NCBI RefSeq assembly: GCF_009914755.1 | Contig: NC_060945.1 | DNA length: 64,000 nucleotides | Strand: one strand, 5' to 3' | Origin: the human T2T-CHM13v2.0 reference genome, Homo sapiens | Shown here: piece after piece, positions 28,044-43,110 of the stretch | How positions within the stretch are numbered: position 1 is the stretch's first letter | Layout of the letters: each line of letters starts with the position of its first letter | Program-made: the position numbers and the translations under genes | Notes under the pieces: model-generated | Database searches by the model: none | Seen by the model: only the letters and a program-made list of their open reading frames with translations | Told to the model about the DNA's origin: nothing

Positions 28044-29435
28044 TGTTTTGGTCTGCTTGGGGTATGATAGGGTTTGGCTGTGTCCCCACCCACATCTCAT
28101 CTTGAATTCCCACGTGTTGTGGGAGGGACCCAATCGGAGGTAGTTGAATCATGGGGGTAGGTCTTTCCCATGTTGTTCTCATGATAGTGAATAAGTTTCA
28201 CGATATCTGATGGTTTTAAAAAGGAGAGTTTCCCTGCACAAGCTCTCTTCTCTTGTCTGCCGCCATGTGAGACGTGCCTTTCGCCTTCCACCATGATTGT
28301 GAGGCCTTCCCAGCCATATGTAAGTTCATTAAACCTCTTTCTTTTGTAAATTGCCCAGTCTCACGTATGTCTTTATCAGCAGCATGAAAACGGATTAATA
28401 CAGGATGCTATAACACAACAGCATACAGTGGGTGGCTTAAACAACAGAAATTTATTTCTTACAGTTCTGGAGGCCACAGCCTTAGTGTTCTCTTCTGAAC
28501 ATGGCTTCTCATTTTTTACAACATAGATAGGCTGAGATTTTTCCAAATCTTTAAGTTCTAGTTCTGTTTTGCTTAGCAATTCTTTCTTCAATCCATTATC
28601 TTTTCTCACATTTCACTATAAGCAGTCAGGAGGAACCAAGCCACTCCTTCACGACTTTGCTTGGAAATATTCCCAGCTAAAGATCCCATTTCATCTTTTA
28701 CAAGTTTCACCTTCCACAAAACACTAGAACAGGAACACATGTCAGCCCAGTTTTTTGCTACTTTATAACAAAGATCACCTTTCCTCTGCTGTCCCACGCC
28801 ATGTTTCTCATTTCCCCCTGAGACCTCACCCACATGGCCTTTGGTATTCCTACCAGCATTCTGCTCATGGTTGTCTGTGTGTCCTCTGAGATGATGAATG
28901 CTTTCCCTCCAGCTCTCCTCTCCCCTTTCTGAGCCCTCAGCAAACTGACTTTAGTGCTTCCTTCACAGCTATCTCAGCTTTTTCTAGCATGGACCCCCAA
29001 ACTCTTCCAGCCTCCACTCATCACCAAGCTCCAAAGCTGCATCCATATTTGTGGTTCTTGGTTACAGCAGCATCCCACTCCTCAGGGCCACTTTCTGTCT
29101 CAGTCAGCTTAGGCCGCCATGGGGACTGGGTGGCTCAAAAGCAACAGGCTCCCAGTTCCAGAGCCTGGGAAGTGTGAGATCAGGGTGGTGGCAGGGTCAG
29201 GGTCTGGTGGGGGCCCTCTTCGTGACTGGCCAACAGAAGACTTCTTGCTGTGTCTCCCATGGTTAGGGTTGAGAGAGCATGAACATGCTGGTGTCTCTCT
29301 CTTTGTATAGGGCACCAATCCAAACATGAGAGCCCCACCCTCGTGACCTTATCTCCTCCCCAATGCAGCACCTCCAAATACCACCACATTGGAAATCAGG
29401 GGTTCAGCACGTGGATTTTGGGAGTCCATAGCAGA
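28044..29435 (-). mobile_element. Deleted MLT1A/B-type MaLR provirus (partial LTR, internal segment ~28476-29095, second LTR ~29096-29435)
   Basis: ggtggcttaaacaacagaaatttatttc LTR motif; MaLR internal-like sequence; second LTR with atgagagccccaccctcgtgacct. Confidence 0.65.
28065..28402 (+). mobile_element. THE1 (THE1B-like) solo LTR inserted into an MLT1 LTR
   Basis: tgatagggtttggctgtgtccccacc...gcatgaaaacggattaataca; MLT1 sequence continues on both sides. Confidence 0.9.
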
Positions 29436-29959
29436 AATACACCCAATTTTTAAGTATCTGATACGTGCATTGGGAGTGAAAAAGGCTAGAAGCATTGTTT
29501 CATATATCTTTATTTTGTTATAATTTATCCTATTTTTTCGAAAGAGATCTTCCGCTTCTTTTTGTTTTCTGAATAATTTGGTCCTAAAGTCATGAGATGG
29601 GCTGAGCAGGATAGGGTTCTATTCTGGCATGGACAGGGCAGTACCCTGAGTCAGAGGAGGTGCAGGAGTTTGAGCAGGGTGAGGGTCGTGCTCATGGAGG
29701 GGAGGCCTGGTGTAGAGGTGAGAGCTGGGGGAGATTGGGAGGCATCCTTTGGTGGGGGCAGCTGACTCAGATTGTATGTACCCCAGCAGGGGCAGGTGGG
29801 TACCCCACAGGGGGGCTGAACGCTGCAGCTCATGTCTATTCCTTATGTCTTTCAGGGTTCACCCAGGGCCCGAAAGCTTGTGTCTGGACCATTGAGAAAG
29901 ACAACTGGACAGTTCTATGTGGATACGAACATGCAGGAGGAAGTCCATGCTTCCTAGCA

Positions 29960-30255
29960 CAGGCCCTAGAATCAGAGTAAACGAGGTCAGAAGTCAGCTG
30001 CCCCACTGGCTGTGTGCCCTAGACAAGCCAGGGGCTCCTCTGTGCCTCAGTTACCTCACCTGGAAAATGGGAATCACTTTGGAGGGACCAACTTGTCCTG
30101 GTTTTAGCACTGAAATTCCCACTTTCCAGGAACTCCTCTCCCCTCCTTCCCAGTCCTGGCAAAGCCACCCTAAATAATCCCCACAGTGCTAGGCTGCGCT
30201 GAGAGTAAAGTGCTGAGCGCGGGGCAGTCACTTGGTAACAGGTAGTTACTGCTTT
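29960..30255 (+). mobile_element. MIR with nested MER81 (~30081-30171)
   Basis: MIR core ctctgtgcctcagttacctcacctggaaaatggg; MER81-like ggaccaacttgtcctggtttt...cacccta. Confidence 0.6.
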
Positions 30256-30625
30256 CATAATAATGGAAGCAGTTTACAGACATCTGCTTGGGAGAAAGTA
30301 TGAAACTGTCCACCACCCACAGTCTGGAACTGCTAGGCTTTTAGTTTGTGGAGGCCTCGCCGACTGTCTCCTTCTCTTCTGCAGTTAGAGAAGGGCTGCA
30401 GGAGTGTTAGCAACAACTCAGCCAGAAAGAGAAACCAGTGTATTTCCTGTGATCAAGTCACACAGCCTAGGCTGCAACAGCGAGACAGCCAGTAGTTAAG
30501 AAGTTGGCTCTAAGACTGAGCAACCAGGAAGAGCTTTGGCTGTGGGCTAAGATGGAAACCACGAGCGGAAGTCAGACATAGCCCAGGGAGAAGGGGGCTG
30601 GGCGAGGCATTTACTCATTTAGAAA

Positions 30626-30722
30626 TCTATCATCTCTCTCTCTCTGCCTACCTATCTATGTATCTATCATCTATCTATCTCTTTATCTATCTGTTCATCA
30701 TTGATTCATTCCTTCCTTCATT
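30626..30722. repeat. (TATC)n / (TTCA)n simple repeat
   Basis: tctatc/tatc units followed by ttca/ttcc. Confidence 0.7.
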
Positions 30723-31192
30723 CAAAAAGATGTCCTACATATGGTTGCTTCATATTGGTTGAGCTCAGTTATGTTGCTAAAAAGATTTTTTTTTCAATTT
30801 AAGAGGCATGGACATTTTGCAGTGGATTTCAGTGGAAAGTTGATGTTTGTGGGTTCAGAAGTCAGTCCTTCCCACACGAGCTCCAGGCCCAACACTTGCA
30901 TCTGCTGGGAAGCAGGTTGCAAGCCCTGTGAATGCTTCCGGGACAACAGTTCCCTGTCTCAGCCTCTGATATGAGCTGTGCCATGGTGCACACTCTTGCA
31001 ATGGGGTGGCACGAATATCGCAGTCAGCCAAGATCCTCTGCTATCCTAGAATTCCCAGGAAACTCCCCTTGAGAGCTTTAATCATTTGTTTGCCCTTCAA
31101 TAACTGCTTATGGAGAAGTTCCCAGACTCACTGACACCTATCATTTTAGGGGACAGTTATGAATGAAAAACACTTTAAATTGACAATGATTG

Positions 31193-31517
<325 letters not shown>

Positions 31518-34500
31518 TTATAATACATCTTTTAAATTATGTTGTAAATCAGTTGACAATATATTATTTAATGTCCCAAAATATATTAGTGTCTATACAA
31601 CTTTGAAGAGTTATGAAGTATGGCAACATAAAATTGCAGAAGCAACTCAAGTGCAATATACAGTGGCTGTAAATATACTTCGTAGCTAAGTTTTTCTGGA
31701 CACGGAAGTGGGAAACATTCAACTTTTTAAAACTAGTGATTTCAGCTCTCTAGACTAGACTTAATTTTGTGTACAGAAAACAAAACCTTTTCCCCAGAAC
31801 ATGACTGCCTGCTTTTTCCCTGACATTGCATAGATGCCATTTGGCATAGAACATTTTTAGATTTATGTGCCCAATTGTAGAATCCTTGACAAATAATGCT
31901 TCTGGTATGGACTTCTGAAAATGACCCCAGTGTCAGCTTGCATTTAAGAGCACATTTTTCCATGGGGAATTCTAAAAGTATGGCAGGTACTGACTTTCCC
32001 AGTGAAGATGTGGCCAGGGTTGGCAAATTCCCAGCACAGTGTCCCTGCCCCGTTCCGTGGCAGACATCACTAATCAATCAGAGCCTCAGGCCCCGCTGAG
32101 TGTGGGCTTGGCTCCACAGGAATTAAGGCAGTGACAGCCGTACTGGCAGATCGGACTGGGCATGTAAGATGAACCCGAATGGCCTCCTCCTCAGGTGAGA
32201 TACTTTGTGCTGACGGGAGCTCTATTGGTGTTCGCTTCATCAGCCCTTGCTACACAGTTTAGAAGCCATCGGAGCTCTCAAGTCTCAACCCTCAGAAATG
32301 ACTGTGTTAACCAATATCCTGTCATCTCCATCTCACCTCCTCGGCCCTGGGGTTGTCCCCCTGGCCAAGAACCACCCTGTAGGTGATGCTGGGCCATACT
32401 TGCCCCTGCACAAAACCCCGCCTGGATCCCAGTGGATTCCTCAGCACCTGTGTGGCTGTGGCATGTGGGCTTCCAGAGATCTTGTGTGAAGGGAAGACCA
32501 AGCCTATAGCCCTGGAGGCCAGGGGCCAAATTTGGAATATTTTTCCAACACCCACAGTGTTGCAGAGCTCTCTATACTGAGTCCTACAGTTTGGTACCAT
32601 GAGGAATTACAGTGAGGCAATCTATTTACAAATGAAACAAAAACAGGCTTTTATGGACTGGCCTGGGAACCTCACCCTTGCACAGATGGGAAAATGCATT
32701 CTCACTGCTGAACAATAAGCCCACGAAAGCACTGGCTCGCCTGGGACTGCCAACACGGGATGGTGTGCGCTGCCTACAGACCAGAGAAGTGGACAGTGGC
32801 GCCTGCCGCAAGCTGCTGGGGCACCCGCTGCAGAGCTGCGGCTGAGGGGGAGGTGGGCTTTTAGCCCCAGCAACTTTAAAGATCCTGTCTCCAGTGCTCC
32901 ATCAGGTTTTATAAAGAGATCTGAATATTCGAAATTTTTAAGTTAAGATTTCGATGGTTTCTAAAGACAAAACCTTTGCTATCAGGGCACATTTGTACAC
33001 AGGGCCCCCAGTCTGACTTTTAAAGAGCGCAGCCAGGAGCCAGGAAGGCTGAAACGGAATCACACTGTTAGTCCCTGGCCGCCTCTGGCTCTGCTCTGCT
33101 GGAAGGGCCCTGCCCACTGTCCTGAGGAGCTCAGGATCTCATGGGTTCCAGGTAGCAGGTGAGCTTTCTGTGGCCCCATACACCAGGTGTTCCATGCCAC
33201 CTTGTGCAACCCACTCCACTCAGCTCCGCTTTCCATCCCCAGACCCCCTGCCATCAGCTGGAGACCTGAAGGTAGGGAACAGCTGTCCACATCCAGCGGT
33301 GACTGTGGGAGGTTCACAGCACACTGAGGAGGAGCATTCATCTAGACCCCGAGCTGTCCAACTTACTGCCTTTGAAACCCTCTGAACCCTGGGGAGGCAC
33401 TGACTAGCTTTGCTTTTCTGTCCTCTCGGCTCCCATGAGGCACAAATGGCCTTTCGGTTTTCCTGCAGCCACTGGGACTGTCCCAGCTATGTGGGCAGCA
33501 CCTGGACTGTCTTGGTGAGCAGATTTGAGATTTGGTCAACAACAGTCTGTGATTTCTATCAAATGGCAGCCTACTACACACATATGCCTTTCAACTCCAG
33601 CTACATGAGATATTTTTATGTGGTTTTTCCATTTTCCACATCCTGCAATTATTTAATAGGTGTTGTGGCTGTAAGATTCTGCCGCTGACAGTTGGGAACC
33701 TCTTAGGAGCCCTCTTCCCGTGTTGGGGAGCAAAATGCTCTGCCCCAACGTGACTTTCTATGTTAGTTTTGACGGCGCTATTTCATTTTCTGTCCCAGCT
33801 CATGCTTACCTGGCCTGCTGTGGACAGGCCTCATCCTAGCAGCTGCTTCTCTGTAGAAAACACACAATAAACATCCCACTGCCAACAGCAGCGTACATCC
33901 CAGAACTCATCGGCCACCGGAGCCTGAGACATTTGTTAACATGACAAGGCCAACGGCAGTGCAGAAAGTGAAAATCTTTGAGGAAGCAGGTGCGGCCAGT
34001 CTGCATTCGTCTCAAGCCCTCCCAAGTTTACAAATGAAATCATGAAGGAGCCCAGTTCTCTCCAAGTATAAGCTCCCAGGAGAGGGGTTCCCACTAGGGG
34101 CTATATCTAAAATGGGTCATTGTTCTTGCAGACAAATTCGCCTGCACTGTCCAGTAAAACAGAGGGGCATACATTCCAGGCGTGCCTTCACACATCACTG
34201 TGGCTCGTAGCCACGTGTCAATGTGGTTCATAGCCACTCCCGCTCACTAAATCACACTGCCTGGGCAGGTTCTCCAAAGATCAGAATATGGAAGGGCAGC
34301 ACAGCCGGCCTCAGGGCAAAGCAGTGAAGCACTGGGCCCTGTGTTCGCTGTCTTTGGACCTGGCTGTCCCCTTCTTCCCTCACGCACCCTCTCCCCACAC
34401 CTATTGTACAGAAACCACCATGTGTGACAATTTGTGACCTGTTTTCCCTGTTCCCACACCACCCCCTCTGCCTGCCTACGGTCAAATCCAATTCCCCTGG

Positions 34501-35372
34501 CTTCCTTCTTCGTGTTCCTATTCCCAAACCCTTCTCCCTTTTTTTTTTTTTAACACCTTTCCAGTTTCTCTTTTTGGAAGTGGGCCAGAGTCAGCGATCA
34601 GGGCAGCTCTTTCTGTGAATTGAAAAGGACAGGTGCGTCAAGCCGGTGTAGATTTGCTAGACTCCCCACAGGGTCCTTCTTCAAACCCCTCCTTATTTTT
34701 ATTAAGAAGAAAAATCCCCCACATCTCAAGCTCTCCCTTTCCCAGCTTCAGCCTGCCCTGCCCACCGAAGGCATTTGCAGTTACCCTGCTCTCTCCTGGG
34801 CTTTCTCCCTGGCTCCTGCCCAGAATATTCTAGAATATAGACTCCAGGAGGACTAGAAAAAGCAACTCAGTGGTTTAAAAAAGACTGCTTTGGAGAATGA
34901 CATCTTTAATGCTAAAAACGCTAATTGTCATTAACTTCATTATCTTCGTTATTCTTTATTCATCAAGTTCTTTACATGGAAAGGACCATGTTTCCTCCAG
35001 GACTCGTAGCTGACACCACCCCACCCCCCATTAGACAGCTTCCTCCACTGCTGCCAGAATGGCTTTAAATGGCAGAACACAGTTCCACAGCACACAGCAC
35101 AGCTTGAATACAAACGCCCCTGAGAGGAGCGAGGGCCAAACAGCTGGTCTCAGATGCCAAGAGCAGGTTCTGAAAGGTAAGGAGAGGATGACTGAGCTCA
35201 AGGACACCAAAGATGCAGAGGGGTGGTGACCAGAGGAGGTCCCCGCAGGAGGCTCCAGGGGGGCCCTCAGAGACACAGCTCCTGCCCTTCCCAGCATGGC
35301 CCAGGGTGCTCCAGCAGGGTGAAGCCCCCGCGGGTAAGCCACTCCCTTGCCTGTCATCATCCCAGCCAGCCA

Positions 35373-35416
35373 CCACGCCACAGTCTCCACGCCACAGTCT
35401 CCACACCACAGTCTCC
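35373..35416. repeat. 3 x 14 bp tandem repeat (ccacgccacagtct)
   Basis: Direct reading. Confidence 0.85.
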
Positions 35417-36112
35417 TTGCTGTTTTGTGGTTCTCAGACCTGTTGAGCTTTCAGCAGAGCAAGAAAATAGTCTGCGGCGTATTTTTCAGAGTGAATCATT
35501 TCTTATCCTGTGGTTCATCAGGAAAAAACAAAGCAAAACCCTCATCCTCATGTCCTCGTGGCCTGAGCTCATACACAAATCCTGCCTGCAATGACCTCAG
35601 ACTGCACCAGCAGGTGAGGCCGGCAGTGAGGGCAGCCTGATGGGCTTAGACCAGCAGACCAGGTTAGGAAAGCAGATGGCCCCTTGCAGCAGGGGTGCAA
35701 AGCCCCTGAGGTATGTGTGCAAGGGGACTGGCAAAGCGTTGTGAAAGAGACGGAGGACACTGACCATCAGCGTTGCCACCTCCAGTGGCTCAGGACTGAC
35801 CCGAGGCATGGCTCTCAACTCTGGTCACCCACTGGAGTCCCCTCTTCCTGGATCCCACACCCCAAGCTCCTGCCTTATGGGTCAGGGGTGACAGTCACTC
35901 CCCAGGTGATTCTACAGGGCAGCCTGGCTTCAGAACTGTGATGGCATCACACTCAGTCACTGTGCAAGAGGCAGGGAGGCCTGGCCAGTCTGGGTGGGGC
36001 TGGAGGGTTAGGTGTTCATGACAGATGGGGAGGGAGTTGGCACGCTCTGCCAGGGCTGACGTTACGATGATACCATTTTCAAGAAGGAATACAGAAGTGA
36101 TGTGGGCACTTA

Positions 36113-36479
<367 letters not shown>

Positions 36480-38860
36480 TCAGAATGTGGCCAGTGTGTT
36501 GGGCAAACTCTGGATGATTCTTGCACACATTCAGTTTCAGGTGTTCTCTGTCTGGGAGGCAGACTTGAATCGCCTGGGAAGATGCCCAGTCTCACCCCAT
36601 CAGAATCTCTGAGGGATCCCAGGCTGTGGGCCTTGCCATAGGCAGGAGGTGGGGCATGGAGTTAGATCATCGGGAAAGGGCTGCGGGGAGGGATTCCGGG
36701 AGCTGGAGACCCCCTGGGCCAGGTCCCTGCAGGGGAACAGGAGGTGGATTTGAGAAGAAGGACACTGCATACCTGGGGCTGGAGAGGCACGTGCCATCAT
36801 CCCAATGCCTGAGGCAATGGAGCAAAGGGAAGGAAGGGACATCCCTCCGCTCCCCACGTCTGTGATGCTGTGGCTGGGCTCACAGGTGCTGGGAATGCCC
36901 CATCATCACACTCAGCTGCCACACAGGAAAGGACAGTGGCTTGAATAGAGAACAGAGACCCTCAGTGTTTGGCCCTCCACCTCTCAGGAGTGAATCAAGC
37001 ACACCTAAAACGAGTTAATGTGGCTGGAGGCACTGATCACCCCCAGGCAGCCCCACACTCAGGCCTTTCCCACCCGAGGCACTCGTTAGAGGCGCTGGCA
37101 GCCTCAGCTGCCCCGGCTGGAGAAGCCACAGGAGCCAGCCAAGGGCAGGCGCTGCAGGAGCATGGGCGGATGACACCGATGATGGGCTTCATGGAGATGC
37201 CTGCAGACAATGCCAGCAGCTAAGGGAGCCGCACTGATCTCAGGCTGCAGGAAAGGTGCTGTCTCAGAAGTGGGTTCTGCTCTCCTCTGAGGGGCTCAGG
37301 CCCCTCAGGAGAGCTGGGGGTGGGGGAGTCACAACTTCTTATGGGGGGAGCTGAGAAATCCAAGTGCACCCAGAGGTAGGTGGCCAGAGAGCAGTGGCTG
37401 AAGGGCGTGTCCTGCTGGATGTGGATGGGCTGATTCAAGAAAATGATGAAAACAATTTTTATGTGTAGACCTGATTTGCCCAAGACAGGTTCCCAAGTCG
37501 TTTGTGGAAAAGGAAAGGCACCCCCTGACTGTCAGTCACAGGCCGGTGACCTCACCACTGTTTGGGTGATTGCATTGCTGTTATTATAGACGGGTTGCAA
37601 CATTCAGCTCCTGGCCTGGTTCCTGGAAATGGCATGCTGGGGACCCTAAGAAATGATGCACACGTGGGAAGACAAAGCTGACCCCAGCAGCAGGCTGTGG
37701 GTGAGAGGCAGCGCAGCTGTGGGAGGCCAGCCTCACCTCCTCCCCTCTGGAAACAGCTGTGTGTTCAGGGGCCATGCTCCAGAGAAGGAAGTGAGCAGCC
37801 AAAGACTGGGAAGTAATGCTTGTAAATATGCTAAAAACAGAAGAAAAGATGGACATGAGGGGTGCAAAGAGAGAGCATCCCAGTGGAGAACTGGAATCTG
37901 CAAAAGTCACCAATTAACATTCCAGAAGCACAAATAACTATTTGACATGAGGGTATTGCAGATGGCTTTAAGAGCAGGCTGCATCTAGCCGAACATAAGA
38001 TTAATATGCTTCAAGATGGATCAATAGAAAACATCCAAAGCAAATCATGGAGAGAAAAAAATGGTAGAAACAGAACATTATGTTGATATAGTCAATGCCA
38101 ACACAGGTGTGACTGGAGTCCTGGAGAAAGGGGGAGAGTGGGGAGGGAGAGGGAGGGAGAGAGACAGGGAGATGCAAGATTTGAAGAAATAATAGATAAA
38201 TATTTTCTAAATCTTATGAAAGACAGCAACCCACAGAGTCAAGAAATTAGATCCAAGCCAGATGAATAAGTTCTTAAAGGATTATACTCAGGCACAACAT
38301 AGTCAAACTATCTCTAAACAAATCTATCAACTGTTATCATTAATAAATAATCTTAGAAAATTCACTAAAATGTGAAAATTAAACAGTATTCTCTTAAATA
38401 AACGATAGTTCAAAGAAGAAATCACAAAGGAAATTGGAAAATACTTTAAAATGAATGAAAATAAATAGAAACACCACATACCAAAAGGTCCAGGATGCAG
38501 CAAAAGCAGCACTGAGAGGCAAATCTATGGCTGCCAATGCCTGTATTTAAAAAAAAATCTCAGATAAATAACCTAAACTTCCTCCTGAGAACCTAGAAAA
38601 AGGAGAGCAAGCTAAACCCAAAGCAAGCAGAAAGAAGGAAATAAAGATTAGTACAGAAACAAGTGATCTTAGCAAGGTTGCGGGCTATAAAGTCAATATA
38701 CAAAGGTCAATACTATTTTTTATAGACTAACACCAAACATTTAGACAGCAAGACTAAAATATATCATTTACAATGAGATAAAAAATATTAAATACTTAAG
38801 AATAAATACAACTCAAGATGAACAAGAACTCAACCCTGAAAACTTTAAAAATCTGCAGAG

Positions 38861-39154
38861 AGCTGGGCCTGGTGGCTCACGCCTGTAATCCCAGCACTTT
38901 GGGAGGCCAAAGCAGGCAGATCACTTGAGCTCAGGAGTTTGAGACCAGCCTGGGCAACATGGCAAAACCTGGTCTCTACTGAAAGTACAAAAAATTAGCC
39001 GGGTGTGGTGCACGTCTGTAGTCCCAGCTACTTGGGAGGCTGAGGTGGGAGGATCACCTGGGCCCAGGAGGTTGAGGCTGCAGTGAGCCGTGATTGCTGT
39101 ACTCCAGCCTGGGTGACAGGAGTGTGACCCTGTCCCAACAAAACAAAACAAAAC
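38861..39154 (+). mobile_element. AluJ
   Basis: aggatcacctgggcccaggaggttgaggctgcag (J-type). Confidence 0.9.
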
Positions 39155-39872
39155 ACTGCAGAGATAAATTTTAAAAGACAAATAAATGGAGAGCTATTCT
39201 ACATTTATGGATCAGGACATTTAATGTGTTAAGATATCATTTCTCCTCAAATTAATCTATGAATGTGGCGTAGTCAAAACCCCAGTATGCTTGTTTTCTT
39301 CTTTCTCTCCTGCTCCCTTTTTTGAAGACAATTGACAAGGTGATTCTAAAATTTATACAGAAATAACATCCAGAACAGCCAACACAACCTTGAAGAAAAT
39401 TGGAGAACTTACACTATCATATTTCAAAACTTAGTTAAAAACTACCGTAATTAAGATGGCGTGGTGTTGGTACAAGTACAGATAAACAGAGCAGTGGAGA
39501 AGAACAGATGGTTCAGAGATTTACCTTCCTCCCATATACGGCCATTGGTTACATCAAAGAGCCAGTGCAATGAAGACAGGAGGGCGTTTTCAATCCCTAG
39601 TGCTGGAGACACTAAGAAAGCATTTGGAAAAAATGCACCTTTCAGCCTACATAGAAATTAATTCAAGATGCATCATAAACTTAAATCTGAAAATGAAAAC
39701 AGTGCTGCTTCTAGAAGAAAGCAAATAAATGTATTTTCATATTCTTCATTTCTTCAGAGATTTCTTAAAGAAAACACACACATACTAACTATAAAAGTGA
39801 TTAGATTTCATTAAAACTAAGAACTTCTGTCATCAAAAAACAAAGACGAAAACTGACATCATTACAAAATTA

Positions 39873-40277
<405 letters not shown>

Positions 40278-41749
40278 CTACAAACCAATACTAAAATCAA
40301 AACAATACAACTTAAAAAAAATGAAGTGGCACATCATTAATCAGTACAGAACAGCAAATTAAAGCCTTGATGATATGATCATCACATTCCAATCAGAGTG
40401 GCTACATTTTACAGAAACTGACAGTGCAAAGTGAGGGCAAGCACGTGGAGCCACTGGAACTCTCACATTGCAGGCAAGAGTATAAGTCGGTAAAAATTTG
40501 GAAAACTGGTTGATAGCATCCACTAGCATTAAGCACATTCTTGTCCCATAACCTGGCAATTTCTCTGGTAGATTTCACTCAACAAAAATGAATGTTTGTA
40601 TCCACCAAGAGACAGATACAAGAATGCTAGTGGCAACTTTATTTATAATAGCCCCAAACTGAGAACAACCCAAATGTCCACCAATAGGAGAATGAAAAGA
40701 TACTCTCTCACATAAAAGAGTAAACTATGGACTCAAGCACTAACGTGCATGAATCACAAAAACATATGAATGAAAGAAGCCAGACACAAAGTAGTAATAC
40801 TGTATTCCAATTATATAAAGATCAAGAATAAACAAAGCTAATCTATGGTAATTGAAGCCAGAATAATGTTTACCTGTAGAGACAGTAATTGGTTAGGAAA
40901 TGGAAGAGGAACATTTTTACACAATGCAAATGGTCTATATCAGGATCTGGATGGTGAATGTACAGGTGCATAGACATGTAATATTCATCAGACTTTACAG
41001 AAAGATTTGTGCACTTTACTTAAAAAGCAGTCCTTACAGGAAGGAAAAAAAGGGCAGCTTCTGGAGCCACACCCACCTGTTTTGACTCTGGAATTGGGTA
41101 CTTTCTTGCTGTGACCTTGAGCAAGTAAAATAATCTGTGCCTTACTTCCCCACTGTGAATAATAACAGTGTCTGGCTCATGGAGCTGTGATGGGGATTAA
41201 GTGAGTTAATGGATAGACTTCTCAGCACAGAGCACCTAATACAGCCTTCATTCCATTCGTCCTTGTTACCAGGTTTCTGCTAAGCTCCCTTCCAGGGCTG
41301 AGATCTCAGAGGCTTCACCAGCTCACTTTCCCCCACTTTGCTGCAATAATCATTGGCTAGAGGTATTGTGATATGATGTCATTAAAGTTAATCTAGACGA
41401 AAATTTGATTTACCTAAAACTATTACACTGTAGACCTGGAGGAATTTCAGTTTTTGCCGTAATTGTTTTCAATGTGTGTTATAAAAAATAAATTCCACTA
41501 TGTTCACGAATGTACAACTTATAATCTGACCAAAAGTGAGAGATGGGTAGATTTTCCTACTTGGGTCCTTCTGTGGACAGGTACTAGGTGCTGCTTTACG
41601 CCCAGTGACTTGTGAGGGAACAGAACTGCCCTTTAGTAACCCTGCTCACTTCCTGTTTTCTGCAGTAACAATTACATTAGGCAATATTATTACACATGGA
41701 ATTGCATCATGCTGATTTTAAAACAATCCTCCCTGTAGCATTACACAGA

Positions 41750-41907
41750 CACTGAATCATCATTTGTAGTTTGGGGGGCTTTACATGCCTGCAGTGGTGA
41801 AAACTGAAATTTTGTCCCACTTAAGGGAGTTTCTTCTTCCCTTTATTAATTGCAAAATAAATATATGTCACTTCAGAGGGCAGCAGCTGGACTACCTATG
41901 TTTGTGG
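41750..41907 (+). other. ABCG1: Probable most-upstream non-coding first exon of ABCG1 (distal promoter); 5' end approximate
   Basis: Non-repeat sequence ending in a strong donor TGG|gtaagt at 41908, ~1.8 kb upstream of the MLGTQ exon; ~19.5 kb distance to the major ATG agrees with the recalled gene structure. Confidence 0.55.
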
Positions 41908-42654
41908 GTAAGTCACTGACAAAATGCTTTCTAGTAAGAAAATATCTTTAAATATAAATGTATGGAATAAGTGTAATTAACTAGATGTAGATTAAGAAAA
42001 ATGTAAGCCACATCTCCTAGTTCAGGCAGCAATCATTTGTGACTTAAACTGTGATGTAAAGTATCTGTGACCTATACCAGTCAGACACCAAATATTGGTG
42101 AGCTGCCTGGATTTGGGAGATGCAGTGAGAATGAGTCAGAGCCCACGACATGAGGGAGAGAAAGGGGGACCCTGAGGACTTGGGGTCCGGTGTGAGGATC
42201 CTGCACTCGGTTTCTGTGATGGTGTGTGCAGGGGAGTCACAAGTTCAGGTGGGCCTGTGGCAGGGCTGCCCATGGCCCCTGGTGAGCATGTGCGGCCAGC
42301 CGGGCCATGGGGGTGAGGCCGGCTTGGTGGCTTGGATTGCCTACTCCTCTGCAGGGTCCCAACGGGTTTCTAGATCCCTCCAGAGAAGCCTTTGGGTACA
42401 TCCCATGGCTTCCCAGCCTCCCCCTCTCAGCCTGTGAAGAAGAATTCTGATCAAGTGTTGGGCATGAATACAGTCTTCCTGGAAGTGTGGGGCTTTGATT
42501 TGCAACCTTTTTACGTGCAGTCTTCATATATCAGGGGTCCCCAAACTTTTTGGCACCAAGGACTGGTTTCACAGAAGACAATTTTTCCATGGTTTGGGGG
42601 TGGGGTGGAGGGATGCTTTCGGGATGATTCAAATGCAATACTTTTATGTTGCAC

Positions 42655-42946
42655 TTTTTTTTTTTTTTTAGACGGAGTCTCCCTCTGTTGCACTGGAGTG
42701 CAGTGGCATGATCTCGGCTCACTGCACCCTCTGCTTCCTGGGTTCAAGTGATTCTCCTGCCTCAGCCTCCTGAGTAGCTGGGACAACAGGCATGCACCAT
42801 GACGCCCAGCTATCTTTTGTATTTTTAGTAGAGATGGGGCTTCACCATGTTGGCCAGGCTGGTCTCGAACTCCTGACTTCAAGTGATCCACCTGCCTCGA
42901 CCTCCCAAAGTGCTAGGATTACAGGCATGAACCACCACGCCTGGCC
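42655..42946 (-). mobile_element. AluS
   Basis: Reverse Alu inside MER1A. Confidence 0.93.
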
Positions 42947-42954
42947 TACTGTGT

Positions 42955-43110
42955 TTTTTGTATTTTGTTTTATTCTTATTTTATTGTTTTTCATTTTTCT
43001 TACGTCCCGAGGTACATGTGCAGGATGTGCAGGTTTGTTACATAGGTAAACGTGTGCCATGGTGGTTTGCTGCACCTATCAACCAACCACCTAGGTGTTA
43101 AGCCCAGCAT
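42955..43110 (-). mobile_element. Short L1PA 3' end
   Basis: tacatgtgcaggatgtgcaggtttgttacataggtaaacgtgtgccatggtggtttgctgcac. Confidence 0.85.

Noticed and set aside
42150-42437. Paralogous microprotein pair (with 57222-57434 on the - strand)
   Set aside because: Mismatches show no third-position bias and copy B stops early; kept only as a DNA-level duplication
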